A stretch of DNA of 64,000 bases, from the NCBI GenBank assembly GCA_023444045.1, contig JAEZRQ010000001.1, positions 66,000 through 129,999 of the forward strand, written 5' to 3'. The stretch's first letter is position 1; each line of letters begins with the position of its first letter. The notes beneath the pieces are model-generated. The model saw only the letters and a list, made by a program, of their open reading frames with translations, had not been told where the DNA came from and ran no database searches. The DNA is from Candidatus Parcubacteria bacterium (lineage in GTDB: Bacteria > Patescibacteriota > Patescibacteriia > Patescibacteriales > UBA12465). Shown here one piece after another: positions 1-7,782 of this stretch. The position numbers and the translations under genes are program-made.

Positions 1-5
1 CTAGT

Positions 6-133
6 TGCGAAACTACACTTTGGGTATCCGTAAAGGATCCTACTTATGCTGGTCGGCGTGCCCGTTCCATTGCACAAGTAGGATAAATGCCAAGATTGGC
101 AAAAATCCTTTACAGATTAAGCATAGTTTCGCA
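6..133 (+). ncRNA. candidate structured RNA of unknown class, possibly truncated by the window edge
   Basis: Nested complementary segments found by eye: 6-15/124-133 (10 bp), 30-36/107-113 (7 bp), 37-45/76-84 (9 bp), 88-92/97-101 (5 bp). A T-rich tract follows from about 144. No ORF. Confidence 0.3.
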
Positions 134-212
134 TATTTAGTATACATTTTTTTATTTTTATTTTCAATGCTTTAATTATTGTCACGACAAGCTAATTTTA
201 GCAAAAAAATAA

Positions 213-242
213 TTAGACAACGGAGACAAAAAAGTGTAAAAT
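213..242 (+). promoter_or_regulatory. possible sigma70-type promoter for the 272.. operon
   Basis: TTAGAC (213-218), 18-nt spacer, TG-n-TAAAAT extended -10 (237-242), about 30 nt upstream of the ATG at 272. Confidence 0.3.
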
Positions 243-271
243 GGAAGTAAAGAAGATATATTTTTTGATTT

Positions 272-1249
272 ATGGCTATAAATAGGGCATTAAATTTTTT
301 TTATATTTCAGAGAGATTATCCACGCTCTCTACTTTAGTGAAGATGAGCGGTAAAATTAATGTTTTATTATTTCATAATCATTCTGAAAATTTTTATCAA
401 TACTTTTTTAAAATATTATATGATTGGGATCTTGTTGATTTAAATACGGACCAAAAAAGTGAAGAAGCAATCGATTTATTTTGTGAAGATAAAAAACTAA
501 TTGTACAGGTCTCCGCTACAGCCACAAAATCCAAGATAGAAGACTCGATAAAAAAACTTAATATCTCTAAATACAGTGGTTATAAATTTGTATTTATTTC
601 TATTACGGAAGATGTAAAAGACCTTAGAAAAAAAACTTTTTCTAATCCGCAAGAAATTATTTTTGACCCAAATGTTGATATTTATGATATTGCAAGGATA
701 CTCTCTGATATCAAAAAATTTAGTATAATAAAACAGGAAGAAACTAAAGAATTTTTAATTAAAGAGTTGGGTATGGCTGGACAGACTAAACCACTAGATC
801 TTAATTTAACAAAAATTATTAATATTTTATCAAAACAGAATTTAAGCGAAACAGAGAGCGCCATTACAATAAAAGGCTTTAATATAGATGAAAAAATAGA
901 ATTTAACAACCTTGTTGAGATTAAGGATGTGATTAATGAATTTGCCGCTTATCAACCAAAGTTAGATAAAATATATACCGAGTTTGATTCTCAGGGGTTT
1001 AATAAAAGCACGTCAATACTTAGTTTGATGAAAAGCGAATATATAAAATGTCGCAAAAATTCAAAAAATGAAGAGTTATTTTATTTAATTTTTGACAGAT
1101 TAAAGAGCAAAATAATAGAGAGTAAAAATTTTTTAGACACAGAAGAAGAAATTTTGGATATGTGCCTCTATATAATAATGGTCGACTCTTTTGTTAGGTG
1201 TAAAATTTTTGAAAATCCAAGCAATTATAAATATGCTCCTACCAGATAA
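272..1249 (+). CDS. SMEK-domain-like protein, putative effector-side component of an ABC-three-component (ABC-3C) system
   Basis: 325-aa ORF. From memory, the N-terminal ~100 aa (HSENFYQYFFKILYDWDL..AIDLFCEDKKLIVQVSATATKSKIEDSIKKL) resembles the SMEK domain. The ORF overlaps the next gene by 17 nt. No nuclease or protease motif was recognised by eye. Confidence 0.5.
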   Translation: MAINRALNFFYISERLSTLSTLVKMSGKINVLLFHNHSENFYQYFFKILYDWDLVDLNTDQKSEEAIDLFCEDKKLIVQVSATATKSKIEDSIKKLNISKYSGYKFVFISITEDVKDLRKKTFSNPQEIIFDPNVDIYDIARILSDIKKFSIIKQEETKEFLIKELGMAGQTKPLDLNLTKIINILSKQNLSETESAITIKGFNIDEKIEFNNLVEIKDVINEFAAYQPKLDKIYTEFDSQGFNKSTSILSLMKSEYIKCRKNSKNEELFYLIFDRLKSKIIESKNFLDTEEEILDMCLYIIMVDSFVRCKIFENPSNYKYAPTR

Positions 1250-1460
1250 TATACATCCTGAAAACAGTATTTATTATAATGGCTCTTTGGTTTTAAAAGA
1301 GCTACAAGTTTCTAATTCCCAAGATATAATTTCTCTTTATGAAAAAGTGAAAGCAAATAAAGAGATTAGTTTCACAGTTTTTGTATTATGTCTTGATTGG
1401 TTATTTTTAATTAACACTGTTGAGTTTAACAAAAAAGGAGTGGTAAAATTATGTTTTTAA
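1233..1460 (+). CDS. small protein, putative ABC-3C middle component
   Basis: 75 aa from the ATG at 1233 (the ORF track starts at a TTG at 1191, same frame). It overlaps both the upstream gene (17 nt) and the downstream ATPase gene (10 nt). Its position matches the effector-MC-ATPase order of ABC-3C systems. Confidence 0.45.
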   Translation: MLLPDNIHPENSIYYNGSLVLKELQVSNSQDIISLYEKVKANKEISFTVFVLCLDWLFLINTVEFNKKGVVKLCF

Positions 1461-3172
1461 AATCTCTTGTTATAAAAGATGAAAATAAAATAATCCGCCA
1501 AATTAATTTCCACAAAGGAATTAATCTTATAGTAGACAAAACTCCGCAAGGAGATACTAAGGAAACTGGCAATAATGTAGGAAAAACAACGATTTTAAAG
1601 TTGATAGATTTTTGTTTGGCTGGTGATCCGAAGGAAATATATACGGACCCAGAAACAAAAAAGGATGTATATCAGTTGGTTAAAAATTATTTAATAAAAA
1701 ATAAAATAATAATTTCGCTTGTATTAAAAAGGGACTTGGATGATGTTGCATCTGATGAAATTGAGATAGAAAGAAATTTTTTATCCTATAAGGAAAAAAT
1801 ACAAAGTGTTAATGGCCATAATTTTAATAACGAAGAATTTATAGAACAGTTATCAAGGTTGATAATTCCCGAACTAATTACAAATAAACCAACATTTAGA
1901 CAAGTAATTTCTCATAATATTAGATATAAAGATGAAAATATAAATAATACACTGAAAACACTTGATAAATATACTACGGATGCCGAATACGAAGCGCTCT
2001 ACTTGTTTTTGTTCGGTTGCTATTTTGATAAAGGTGATTTAAAACAGGAGATTTTAGAGAGACAAAAACAAGAAGTAAATTTTAAAACCAGGCTTGAAAA
2101 ACATCAAAGTAAAAGCGCTTATGAAGCGGCACTCGCCATTATTGAATCCGATATCTTCAAATTAAATAAAAAGAAAGAATCTTTAAACATAAATAAAAAC
2201 TTTGAAACAGACTTAAATGAACTAACATCGGTTAAATATAATATTAGTAAGTGTGCTTCAGAAATAAATCAATATACAACAAGAAAGGATTTGATAATGG
2301 AAGCCGAAACGTCTTTAAATTTAAAAAAGACAGATATAGATTTGAATCAACTCAAGTTAATTTATCAACAGGCAACGGACAGAATAGACGGAATACAAAA
2401 AACCTTTGAAGATTTAGTGAATTTTCATAATCAGATGATAGAAGAGAGAATAAGATTTGTTATAAAAGAATTACCAGAAATAGAACAGAAACTTAGATTA
2501 AGCAAAATAAGTCTTAAAGAATATCTCGCAGAAGAAGAGCGTTTAACTTCGTCTATTGCTAAAAGTGATGCATTTGAAGATTTGGAAGAACTGATTATAG
2601 AATTAAATGGTCTTTATCAAAAAAAAGGCGAGTATGACAAAACAATTAGTCAGTTAAATGAAGTAGAAAAAAACATCAAACACTATTCATCACAATTATA
2701 TAAAATGGAGGAAGAGCTTTTTTCTGACGAATTTAGTGAAAAAGTTCGAACTCAAATCTATAAGTTCAATGAATATTTTGCTGACATTTCAAATCAACTG
2801 TATGGCGAAAAGTATCTTGTTAATCCTGAAATTGACGAAACAAAAAATGGACGATTGTATAAATTTAGCGCATTTAACACTAATCTTAGTTCTGGCAAAA
2901 AGCAAGGTGAAATTTCCTGTTTTGACATAGCTTATACGTTATTTGCTGATAGTGAAGGAATTTCTTGTTTGCATTTTTTATTGAATGATAAAAAGGAACT
3001 CGTACATGATAATCAGTTGGTTAAAATAGCGGAATTTGTTAATAGGTCTAACATGCAATTTGTTGCCTCTATTCTAAAAGATAAATTACCAGAAGAACTA
3101 AATAATAAAGAGTATTTTATTGTTGAACTATCTCAGAGCGATAAATTATTTAGAATAGAAAGTGATAATTAA
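1451..3172 (+). CDS. ABC/SMC-like ATPase with a long coiled-coil insert (DUF2326-like; ABC-3C ATPase component)
   Basis: Walker A GNNVGKTT at aa 40-47. A charged heptad-rich region spans about aa 200-440. Near the C-terminus are an ABC-signature-like NLSSGKKQG followed by a Walker B-like LHFLLND. Confidence 0.7.
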   Translation: MFLKSLVIKDENKIIRQINFHKGINLIVDKTPQGDTKETGNNVGKTTILKLIDFCLAGDPKEIYTDPETKKDVYQLVKNYLIKNKIIISLVLKRDLDDVASDEIEIERNFLSYKEKIQSVNGHNFNNEEFIEQLSRLIIPELITNKPTFRQVISHNIRYKDENINNTLKTLDKYTTDAEYEALYLFLFGCYFDKGDLKQEILERQKQEVNFKTRLEKHQSKSAYEAALAIIESDIFKLNKKKESLNINKNFETDLNELTSVKYNISKCASEINQYTTRKDLIMEAETSLNLKKTDIDLNQLKLIYQQATDRIDGIQKTFEDLVNFHNQMIEERIRFVIKELPEIEQKLRLSKISLKEYLAEEERLTSSIAKSDAFEDLEELIIELNGLYQKKGEYDKTISQLNEVEKNIKHYSSQLYKMEEELFSDEFSEKVRTQIYKFNEYFADISNQLYGEKYLVNPEIDETKNGRLYKFSAFNTNLSSGKKQGEISCFDIAYTLFADSEGISCLHFLLNDKKELVHDNQLVKIAEFVNRSNMQFVASILKDKLPEELNNKEYFIVELSQSDKLFRIESDN

Positions 3173-3227
3173 TTTAGCAATTATTATTTTTTGTTTTGTT
3201 TTGTTTTTGTAATAACTTTAGAATGTT

Positions 3228-3788
3228 ATGAAAAATAATTTTGCTTATCAGTTGGGTATTGTAAGAGAGGGGGTTTATATTTATTCCCCTGTTTTTATGT
3301 ATCTTTTTTTAAAAATGAGAGAAACCTTTGGTACAAACAATAATGACGTAGATAACATTGTTAGTAAAATATCAGGTTTAAGCTGTGGCCAGTGGCCACA
3401 ACAATATCAAGAAGATTTTGAAAAACTATTTATATTAGATGAAAAACTGGTTAATTTACAAAGAGAATTTATATATTTTTCAATATTTATTTTTTCTGAG
3501 TTCGCTTTTAATTATATTGATAAAAATGATCAAGAAAAAAAGGAATTCACGCTAGATTACTTATTTGAAATATTTAAAGACAATAGACAACCGTGGTTTA
3601 TTAAACCCCCTAGTCAAGATGCTTATAATAAATATAGGAATTCGGATAATCCTATTTTAGTTCTTCATAATGAAATCAGTAAAGTTTCAGAAGAAAAAGA
3701 CGTTTTATTTTTAGCAGACTTTGTCATTGTAATTACAAGTATTGTAAAATTTTATATTGGGTCAACAGTAAAAAAAATCTTTGAATAA
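3228..3788 (+). CDS. hypothetical protein (first gene of a 4-gene coupled block)
   Basis: 186-aa ORF, 55 nt after the ATPase gene with no hairpin in between. Contains hydrophobic stretches (FIYFSIFIFSEFAF, LADFVIVITSIV). No family recognised. Confidence 0.55.
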   Translation: MKNNFAYQLGIVREGVYIYSPVFMYLFLKMRETFGTNNNDVDNIVSKISGLSCGQWPQQYQEDFEKLFILDEKLVNLQREFIYFSIFIFSEFAFNYIDKNDQEKKEFTLDYLFEIFKDNRQPWFIKPPSQDAYNKYRNSDNPILVLHNEISKVSEEKDVLFLADFVIVITSIVKFYIGSTVKKIFE

Positions 3789-3797
3789 TTTAAAAAT

Positions 3798-4934
3798 ATG
3801 GCTAGTTGGAGTTTTAGAAGAAGAATAAAAATAATACCAGGAGTTAGATTAAATTTTAGCAGAGGAGGTATAAGCACTTCTATCGGAATTAGGGGCGCAA
3901 ATTTTACTTTTGGTAAAGATGGAACATATTTAAATACAGGAATTCCGGGAACAGGTATTTATAAAAGACAAAAAATTTCTTCTTCATCTAAATTAAATAG
4001 TAGTTCAAGAACAGAGGAAAACAATAATACAAACCACCAACCAACCATAGAACAAAAAGATAATATTTTTAGTGTAGAACCTGATAAAATTACTAGTCAA
4101 AATATGGAGGGCGTAAAGCAGTCCATAATAGATGCTCATAATCAACGCAAAGAATTAGTTACAGACATTGAAAGAGTTAAAAAAGATTTATTATGGTCAA
4201 GGGTAAAATTATTTTTTGCTTATCTATTTATTATTGGATTTGTTTATAAAAAAATAGTTGAAGAAATAAAGTTAAATATTGTAAAACAAAAAGAATCTAT
4301 CGTAGAACTGGAAAAACAAAGAAATGAATCCTATGTTCAGCTAGATACCGATTTTGATAAGGACACCTCTTTAAAATACGAGAATGTTCTAGAAAGTTTT
4401 AAAGAACTAATGAAGGTGGAAAAGATTTGGGATATCACCAGGGAAGAAGAAAATGACAAAGCAAAAACTAGATCATCAGCATCTAGGGCAATTGAGAGAA
4501 AAGACATAAAAATAGAACTTAAAGACCTAGAAGATATCAAATATAATAAGCAGGCTTTGTGTTTTTGTAATGCTAATGGGGCGGATTTATATTTTTATCC
4601 AAGTTTTATTGTTATACAGGGAAAGGATAATTTTGGTGTTATCGGCCTAGATGAGGTAGAGTTTAGTTTTAATAGCGCTAAACTTATTGAGCAAGAAAAA
4701 GTTCCTAAAGATTCAGAGATTATAGAATATACTTGGTTTAAGGTTAATAAAAATGGTCAACCAGACAAAAGGTTTAAGGATAATTATCAAATACCAGTCG
4801 TAAAATACGGCGTTATTAACTTAAAAACTAATAATGGGTTAAATGAAGAATACCAATTTAGTAATTATTTAGTAAGCGAAAAATTTGCTAATGCATTTTT
4901 AGATTTTAAAAAAATAGTAGAGAGTTTAAACTAA
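3798..4934 (+). CDS. DUF4236-domain membrane protein
   Basis: The N-terminus SFRRRIKIIPGVRLNFSRGGISTSIGIRGANFTFGKDGTYLNTGIPGTGIYKRQ matches the remembered DUF4236 pattern. It is followed by an S/N-rich linker, one TM segment (LFFAYLFIIGFVY), coiled-coil segments and a beta-rich C-terminal domain. Confidence 0.65.
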   Translation: MASWSFRRRIKIIPGVRLNFSRGGISTSIGIRGANFTFGKDGTYLNTGIPGTGIYKRQKISSSSKLNSSSRTEENNNTNHQPTIEQKDNIFSVEPDKITSQNMEGVKQSIIDAHNQRKELVTDIERVKKDLLWSRVKLFFAYLFIIGFVYKKIVEEIKLNIVKQKESIVELEKQRNESYVQLDTDFDKDTSLKYENVLESFKELMKVEKIWDITREEENDKAKTRSSASRAIERKDIKIELKDLEDIKYNKQALCFCNANGADLYFYPSFIVIQGKDNFGVIGLDEVEFSFNSAKLIEQEKVPKDSEIIEYTWFKVNKNGQPDKRFKDNYQIPVVKYGVINLKTNNGLNEEYQFSNYLVSEKFANAFLDFKKIVESLN

Positions 4935-5557
4935 TGTTTAACTTATTTAAATTACAAGAAAAGATTGGCGGTGAAATCGCCTACTATAATTTAACCGACT
5001 GGTGGCTTAAAACATTTAGTAAACAAGAACAGGATTATATAGTAAAAACATTTCAACCTTTGGGCGGTTCGGGGGTAGATTTAATTAAAGGTGAAATTCA
5101 ATATAGTAGTGGTAGTGCGGTTTCTTTATTATCCAACTTGGCGGGGTGGTTTAAAAATGATAAGGATAGAGAAATTGGCTATAAATTATTAGATAAAGCC
5201 GAAAAACTAATTACTGATAATACAGACACATTGAATATTCATTTTTTTTATCAAAACAAGTTAGAATTTTATTATCGTTTTAGAGAAATAGACCAAGAAT
5301 CCTTGAATATTGCGATTGAGGCCTGTAAAAAGCAAATTGAACTTTCTCCTCGTGCTATTTTAGCTTTTAAAAAAGAATACGAACATGAAAAATTGCCAAT
5401 GCACACTGGCTATGAACAACTGGCTATAATTTTGGAAAAACAAAGTAAATTTAATGAAGTGATTGCGTTGTGCGAGAATGCTAAAAATCAAGGCTGGGGA
5501 GGAGATTGGGATAAAAGAATAGAAAGGTGTATGAATAAAATGAAAAATAATCTTTAA
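4934..5557 (+). CDS. hypothetical helical-repeat (TPR-like?) protein
   Basis: 207-aa ORF. Its ATG overlaps the stop of the upstream gene (TAATG). The helical C-terminal half ends in GWGGDWDKRIERC. No family recognised. Confidence 0.55.
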   Translation: MFNLFKLQEKIGGEIAYYNLTDWWLKTFSKQEQDYIVKTFQPLGGSGVDLIKGEIQYSSGSAVSLLSNLAGWFKNDKDREIGYKLLDKAEKLITDNTDTLNIHFFYQNKLEFYYRFREIDQESLNIAIEACKKQIELSPRAILAFKKEYEHEKLPMHTGYEQLAIILEKQSKFNEVIALCENAKNQGWGGDWDKRIERCMNKMKNNL

Positions 5558-5562
5558 ATTTA

Positions 5563-6306
5563 ATGGAAAACTATTATACTCTTTTAGAACAGTTAAGAAC
5601 CATTGCGGATAAATGTTTAACTAATCACCCAGAACCTAAAAGCGAAAAAGAGGCTTTACTACTTTATGCTGTTGCCAAAGCAGATAAGACACTTTGTGCC
5701 GTAGCTCTCTTGTGTCGCAATGGTATGGGTGAGGACGCTTCAATTTTATGCAGAAGTGTTTTTGAATTAGCTTTAACGATAGAATACATTTTTAAAGATT
5801 TAACCGATGGAATGGCTAAGAGATATTTTTCTTATGACTGGATTCAAAGAAAAAAGATGTATGGGTATATGGCAAGGTCTGGTCGATTTCAGAAATATTT
5901 ATTATCACCAGAAAGTCAAAAGATAATTACAAGTATTAATAAAGAAGCAAATAGAGTAAACAAAAAATATAATTATGGTAGCAGTTGGTCAGACAAGAAT
6001 ATTGCCGAAATGGCTAAAAGTGTAGGATGGTTAGATTTATATGAAACCGCTTATAGAATACAGTGTAATTTTAGTCATTCTAATCCGAGATCATCCAATG
6101 ATTATTTTAAAGAAGAAAATGGGCGTTTAGTTTTAAATTCTGGTCCAAGCGAGAATTTAGTATCCGAAACACTTGTTACAATTTTTAATTCTTATCTCCA
6201 TATTGTTAGAAAGATTAATGATTATTTTAAAAAAGGATTAAGTATGGAAATTAAAAAAATTGAGGACGACTTTGTAAGTCTATTGAAAGCCTCTAATAAC
6301 AGTTAA
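5563..6306 (+). CDS. hypothetical all-alpha protein, DUF5677-like, with an HEPN-like Rx6H motif
   Basis: 247-aa ORF starting 5 nt after the upstream stop. Contains YRIQCNFSH (R165..H172; nt 6055-6078). The DUF5677 assignment is from memory only. Confidence 0.45.
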   Translation: MENYYTLLEQLRTIADKCLTNHPEPKSEKEALLLYAVAKADKTLCAVALLCRNGMGEDASILCRSVFELALTIEYIFKDLTDGMAKRYFSYDWIQRKKMYGYMARSGRFQKYLLSPESQKIITSINKEANRVNKKYNYGSSWSDKNIAEMAKSVGWLDLYETAYRIQCNFSHSNPRSSNDYFKEENGRLVLNSGPSENLVSETLVTIFNSYLHIVRKINDYFKKGLSMEIKKIEDDFVSLLKASNNS

Positions 6307-6314
6307 TTTACCAA

Positions 6315-6427
6315 ATATTCCATCAAAAAAGTTTTCCAACCTTTGCGCTTAGCCACCCCATTTGGAAAAGACGAGCTTTCAGGCTCGTTTTTTCTTTGAT
6401 ATAAGGCGCAAAATTGAGTTTTACTAG
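6315..6427 (+). repeat. copy A of a ~113-nt two-hairpin intergenic element
   Basis: Aligns by eye to 6776-6888, with about 88 percent identity over the first 60 nt. Hairpin 1 is TTTTCCAA (6332-6339) paired with TTGGAAAA (6362-6369). Hairpin 2 is the terminator at 6371-6394. Confidence 0.8.
6371..6394 (+). terminator. intrinsic terminator (first one after the 272-6306 gene string)
   Basis: ACGAGC (6371-6376) / GCTCGT (6383-6388), then a T-run. Confidence 0.75.
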
Positions 6428-6475
6428 TTAAGTTGATATAATGAAAACATATAATAATTTAAAATCATAATTAAT

Positions 6476-6775
6476 ATGAGCATACAAGAGTGGTTAATGT
6501 CATTTTTTCTGATTGCAACTATCGTGGGTGTTATAAAGTTAAATAAAAAGATTAAAGCAGGAGAAGTAAATAACAACCCACTTACGAGTGCGGAAAAAGT
6601 TTTTACAGCTTTGGCCGGACTCGCAATTCCTTTATTGGCTGTAAACGGAATTATGTATTACAGCTTGAGAAAGAAGTATCCAGCCAAAGCAAAACAAGCA
6701 AACAAAATTGGATGGATCACTTTATTAATTGCAGTTGGGCTGGGTGTTATAGTGACGATATTACAAATTCAATAA
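6476..6775 (+). CDS. small membrane protein (about 3 TM)
   Basis: 99-aa ORF with hydrophobic segments FFLIATIVGVI, ALAGLAIPLLAV and WITLLIAVGLGVIV. It has its own AT-rich upstream region with TATAAT-like boxes. Confidence 0.6.
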   Translation: MSIQEWLMSFFLIATIVGVIKLNKKIKAGEVNNNPLTSAEKVFTALAGLAIPLLAVNGIMYYSLRKKYPAKAKQANKIGWITLLIAVGLGVIVTILQIQ

Positions 6776-6888
6776 ATATTCCATTAAAATAGTTTTCCAA
6801 GTTTTGCAGTTAGTCACCCCATTTGGAAAAGACGAGTCTAAAAGCTCGTTTTTTATGTTATATAGGGATAAAAAATAGATTTTTACTA
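6776..6888 (+). repeat. copy B of the ~113-nt two-hairpin intergenic element
   Basis: Hairpin arms at 6793-6800 / 6823-6830 are identical to copy A. Substitutions cluster in the loops. Confidence 0.8.
6832..6855 (+). terminator. intrinsic terminator
   Basis: ACGAG (6832-6836) / CTCGT (6845-6849), then a T-run. Confidence 0.7.
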
Positions 6889-6928
6889 AAAAGGGTGTTA
6901 TATTTAAAGTGTCTAAAAAATAAAAAAT

Positions 6929-7219
6929 ATGAAAAGTGTTAAAAGATTGTTAGGTAATAAAGTTGTTAAAACATCATTTTTTGTAGGATTATTTTTTTTA
7001 ACACTAAGTTTGCTTAATCAGAATGGTGTTATTAGTATAAGGCTTATCATAAATAAATTTATTCCATGTGATGGTGCTAATTTTCCGACTTCAATATACT
7101 ATTATTGTTATTCAGTTTATGACTTTAGTTTTTACCTAATTTCCACTAGCATTTATTCTGCTTCTTTTTTAATAACTATCATCACTATTATTCATTGGCT
7201 TATTAAAAGGACTAAATAG
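6929..7219 (+). CDS. small membrane protein
   Basis: 96-aa ORF with an N-terminal TM segment (FFVGLFFLTLSLL) and a hydrophobic C-terminal half. Confidence 0.5.
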   Translation: MKSVKRLLGNKVVKTSFFVGLFFLTLSLLNQNGVISIRLIINKFIPCDGANFPTSIYYYCYSVYDFSFYLISTSIYSASFLITIITIIHWLIKRTK

Positions 7220-7267
7220 AAAATTAAACAAGGTTTATATTTTGCTATATATAATTTACAACAAAAT

Positions 7268-7543
7268 ATGTCTAAGAAAAACTATATTGAGGATCTAAAA
7301 GAATGGAATAATAATATGTATTCCCCTGGTCACTATACCGGAGGAAAGATGCCTATGGATGTTAAATATGGCGGAAATAAGGCTAGGGTCATAATACTAA
7401 TTCAATCACTTTTAATTTTATTTGTCGGAGTTGTGTTCTTATTAGAAACAGACCATAGGGGTATTGGGTATATATTTCTTAGTATTGGTGTGTTTGTTTC
7501 AGCGGTGGTAATTTGGAGAATGTGTTATAAAAAGTCTAAGTGA
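7268..7543 (+). CDS. small membrane protein (2 TM)
   Basis: 91-aa ORF with two TM segments, VIILIQSLLILFVGVVFLL and YIFLSIGVFVSAVVIW. Confidence 0.55.
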   Translation: MSKKNYIEDLKEWNNNMYSPGHYTGGKMPMDVKYGGNKARVIILIQSLLILFVGVVFLLETDHRGIGYIFLSIGVFVSAVVIWRMCYKKSK

Positions 7544-7610
7544 TAATATGTTGTATTAAATAATTTTTCAGGTTTTTCGGCTAGTAGACCTCAAAAAAGA
7601 GGAGTGAAAT

Positions 7611-7647
7611 AACCCTAATCTGCCAGCTGACGGAAGGGTTTTTTTAT
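7611..7647 (+). terminator. probable intrinsic terminator
   Basis: AACCCT (7611-7616) / AGGGTT (7635-7640), then T7. The loop is long. Confidence 0.5.
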
Positions 7648-7782
7648 TTTTGTTTAATTAAACCACTTTATTAGCCAGGTGTTTCCAAGGTGCTGAACTA
7701 TTACGCACGAATTGACAAAATATAATAAATGTGATACATTGTTGGCACAGTTCATTAAAATATTAACCAAAAGACATAAAAC

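Noticed and set aside
6-133. The left-edge structured element, considered as 5S rRNA.
   Set aside because: The length and terminal helix are 5S-like, and CCCGTTCC resembles part of loop C. However, the conserved CCGAAC, GAAGTTAAGC and loop E strings are absent, and the branching order of the helices does not match 5S.
682-909. Antisense or alternate-frame ORFs of 60-121 aa lie inside clear genes. Examples are 682-909(-), 2736-2930(+), 4337-4540(-), 10832-11020(-), 13102-13305(+), 13576-13797(+), 18741-19106(-), 20221-20454(-), 34748-35047(-), 41671-41970(-), 59094-59384(-) and 59270-59500(+).
   Set aside because: Each is wholly embedded in a longer ORF that has recognisable family motifs or better coding context. 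Their translations are low-complexity (S/L/F/K-rich), as expected from reading AT-rich coding DNA in the wrong frame.
6315-6888. The repeated hairpin element, considered as integron attC sites.
   Set aside because: There is no intI-like integrase in the window. I could not find the RYYYAAC / GTTRRRY core sites, and the cassettes carry their own promoters and terminators. The idea remains testable by genome-wide copy search.
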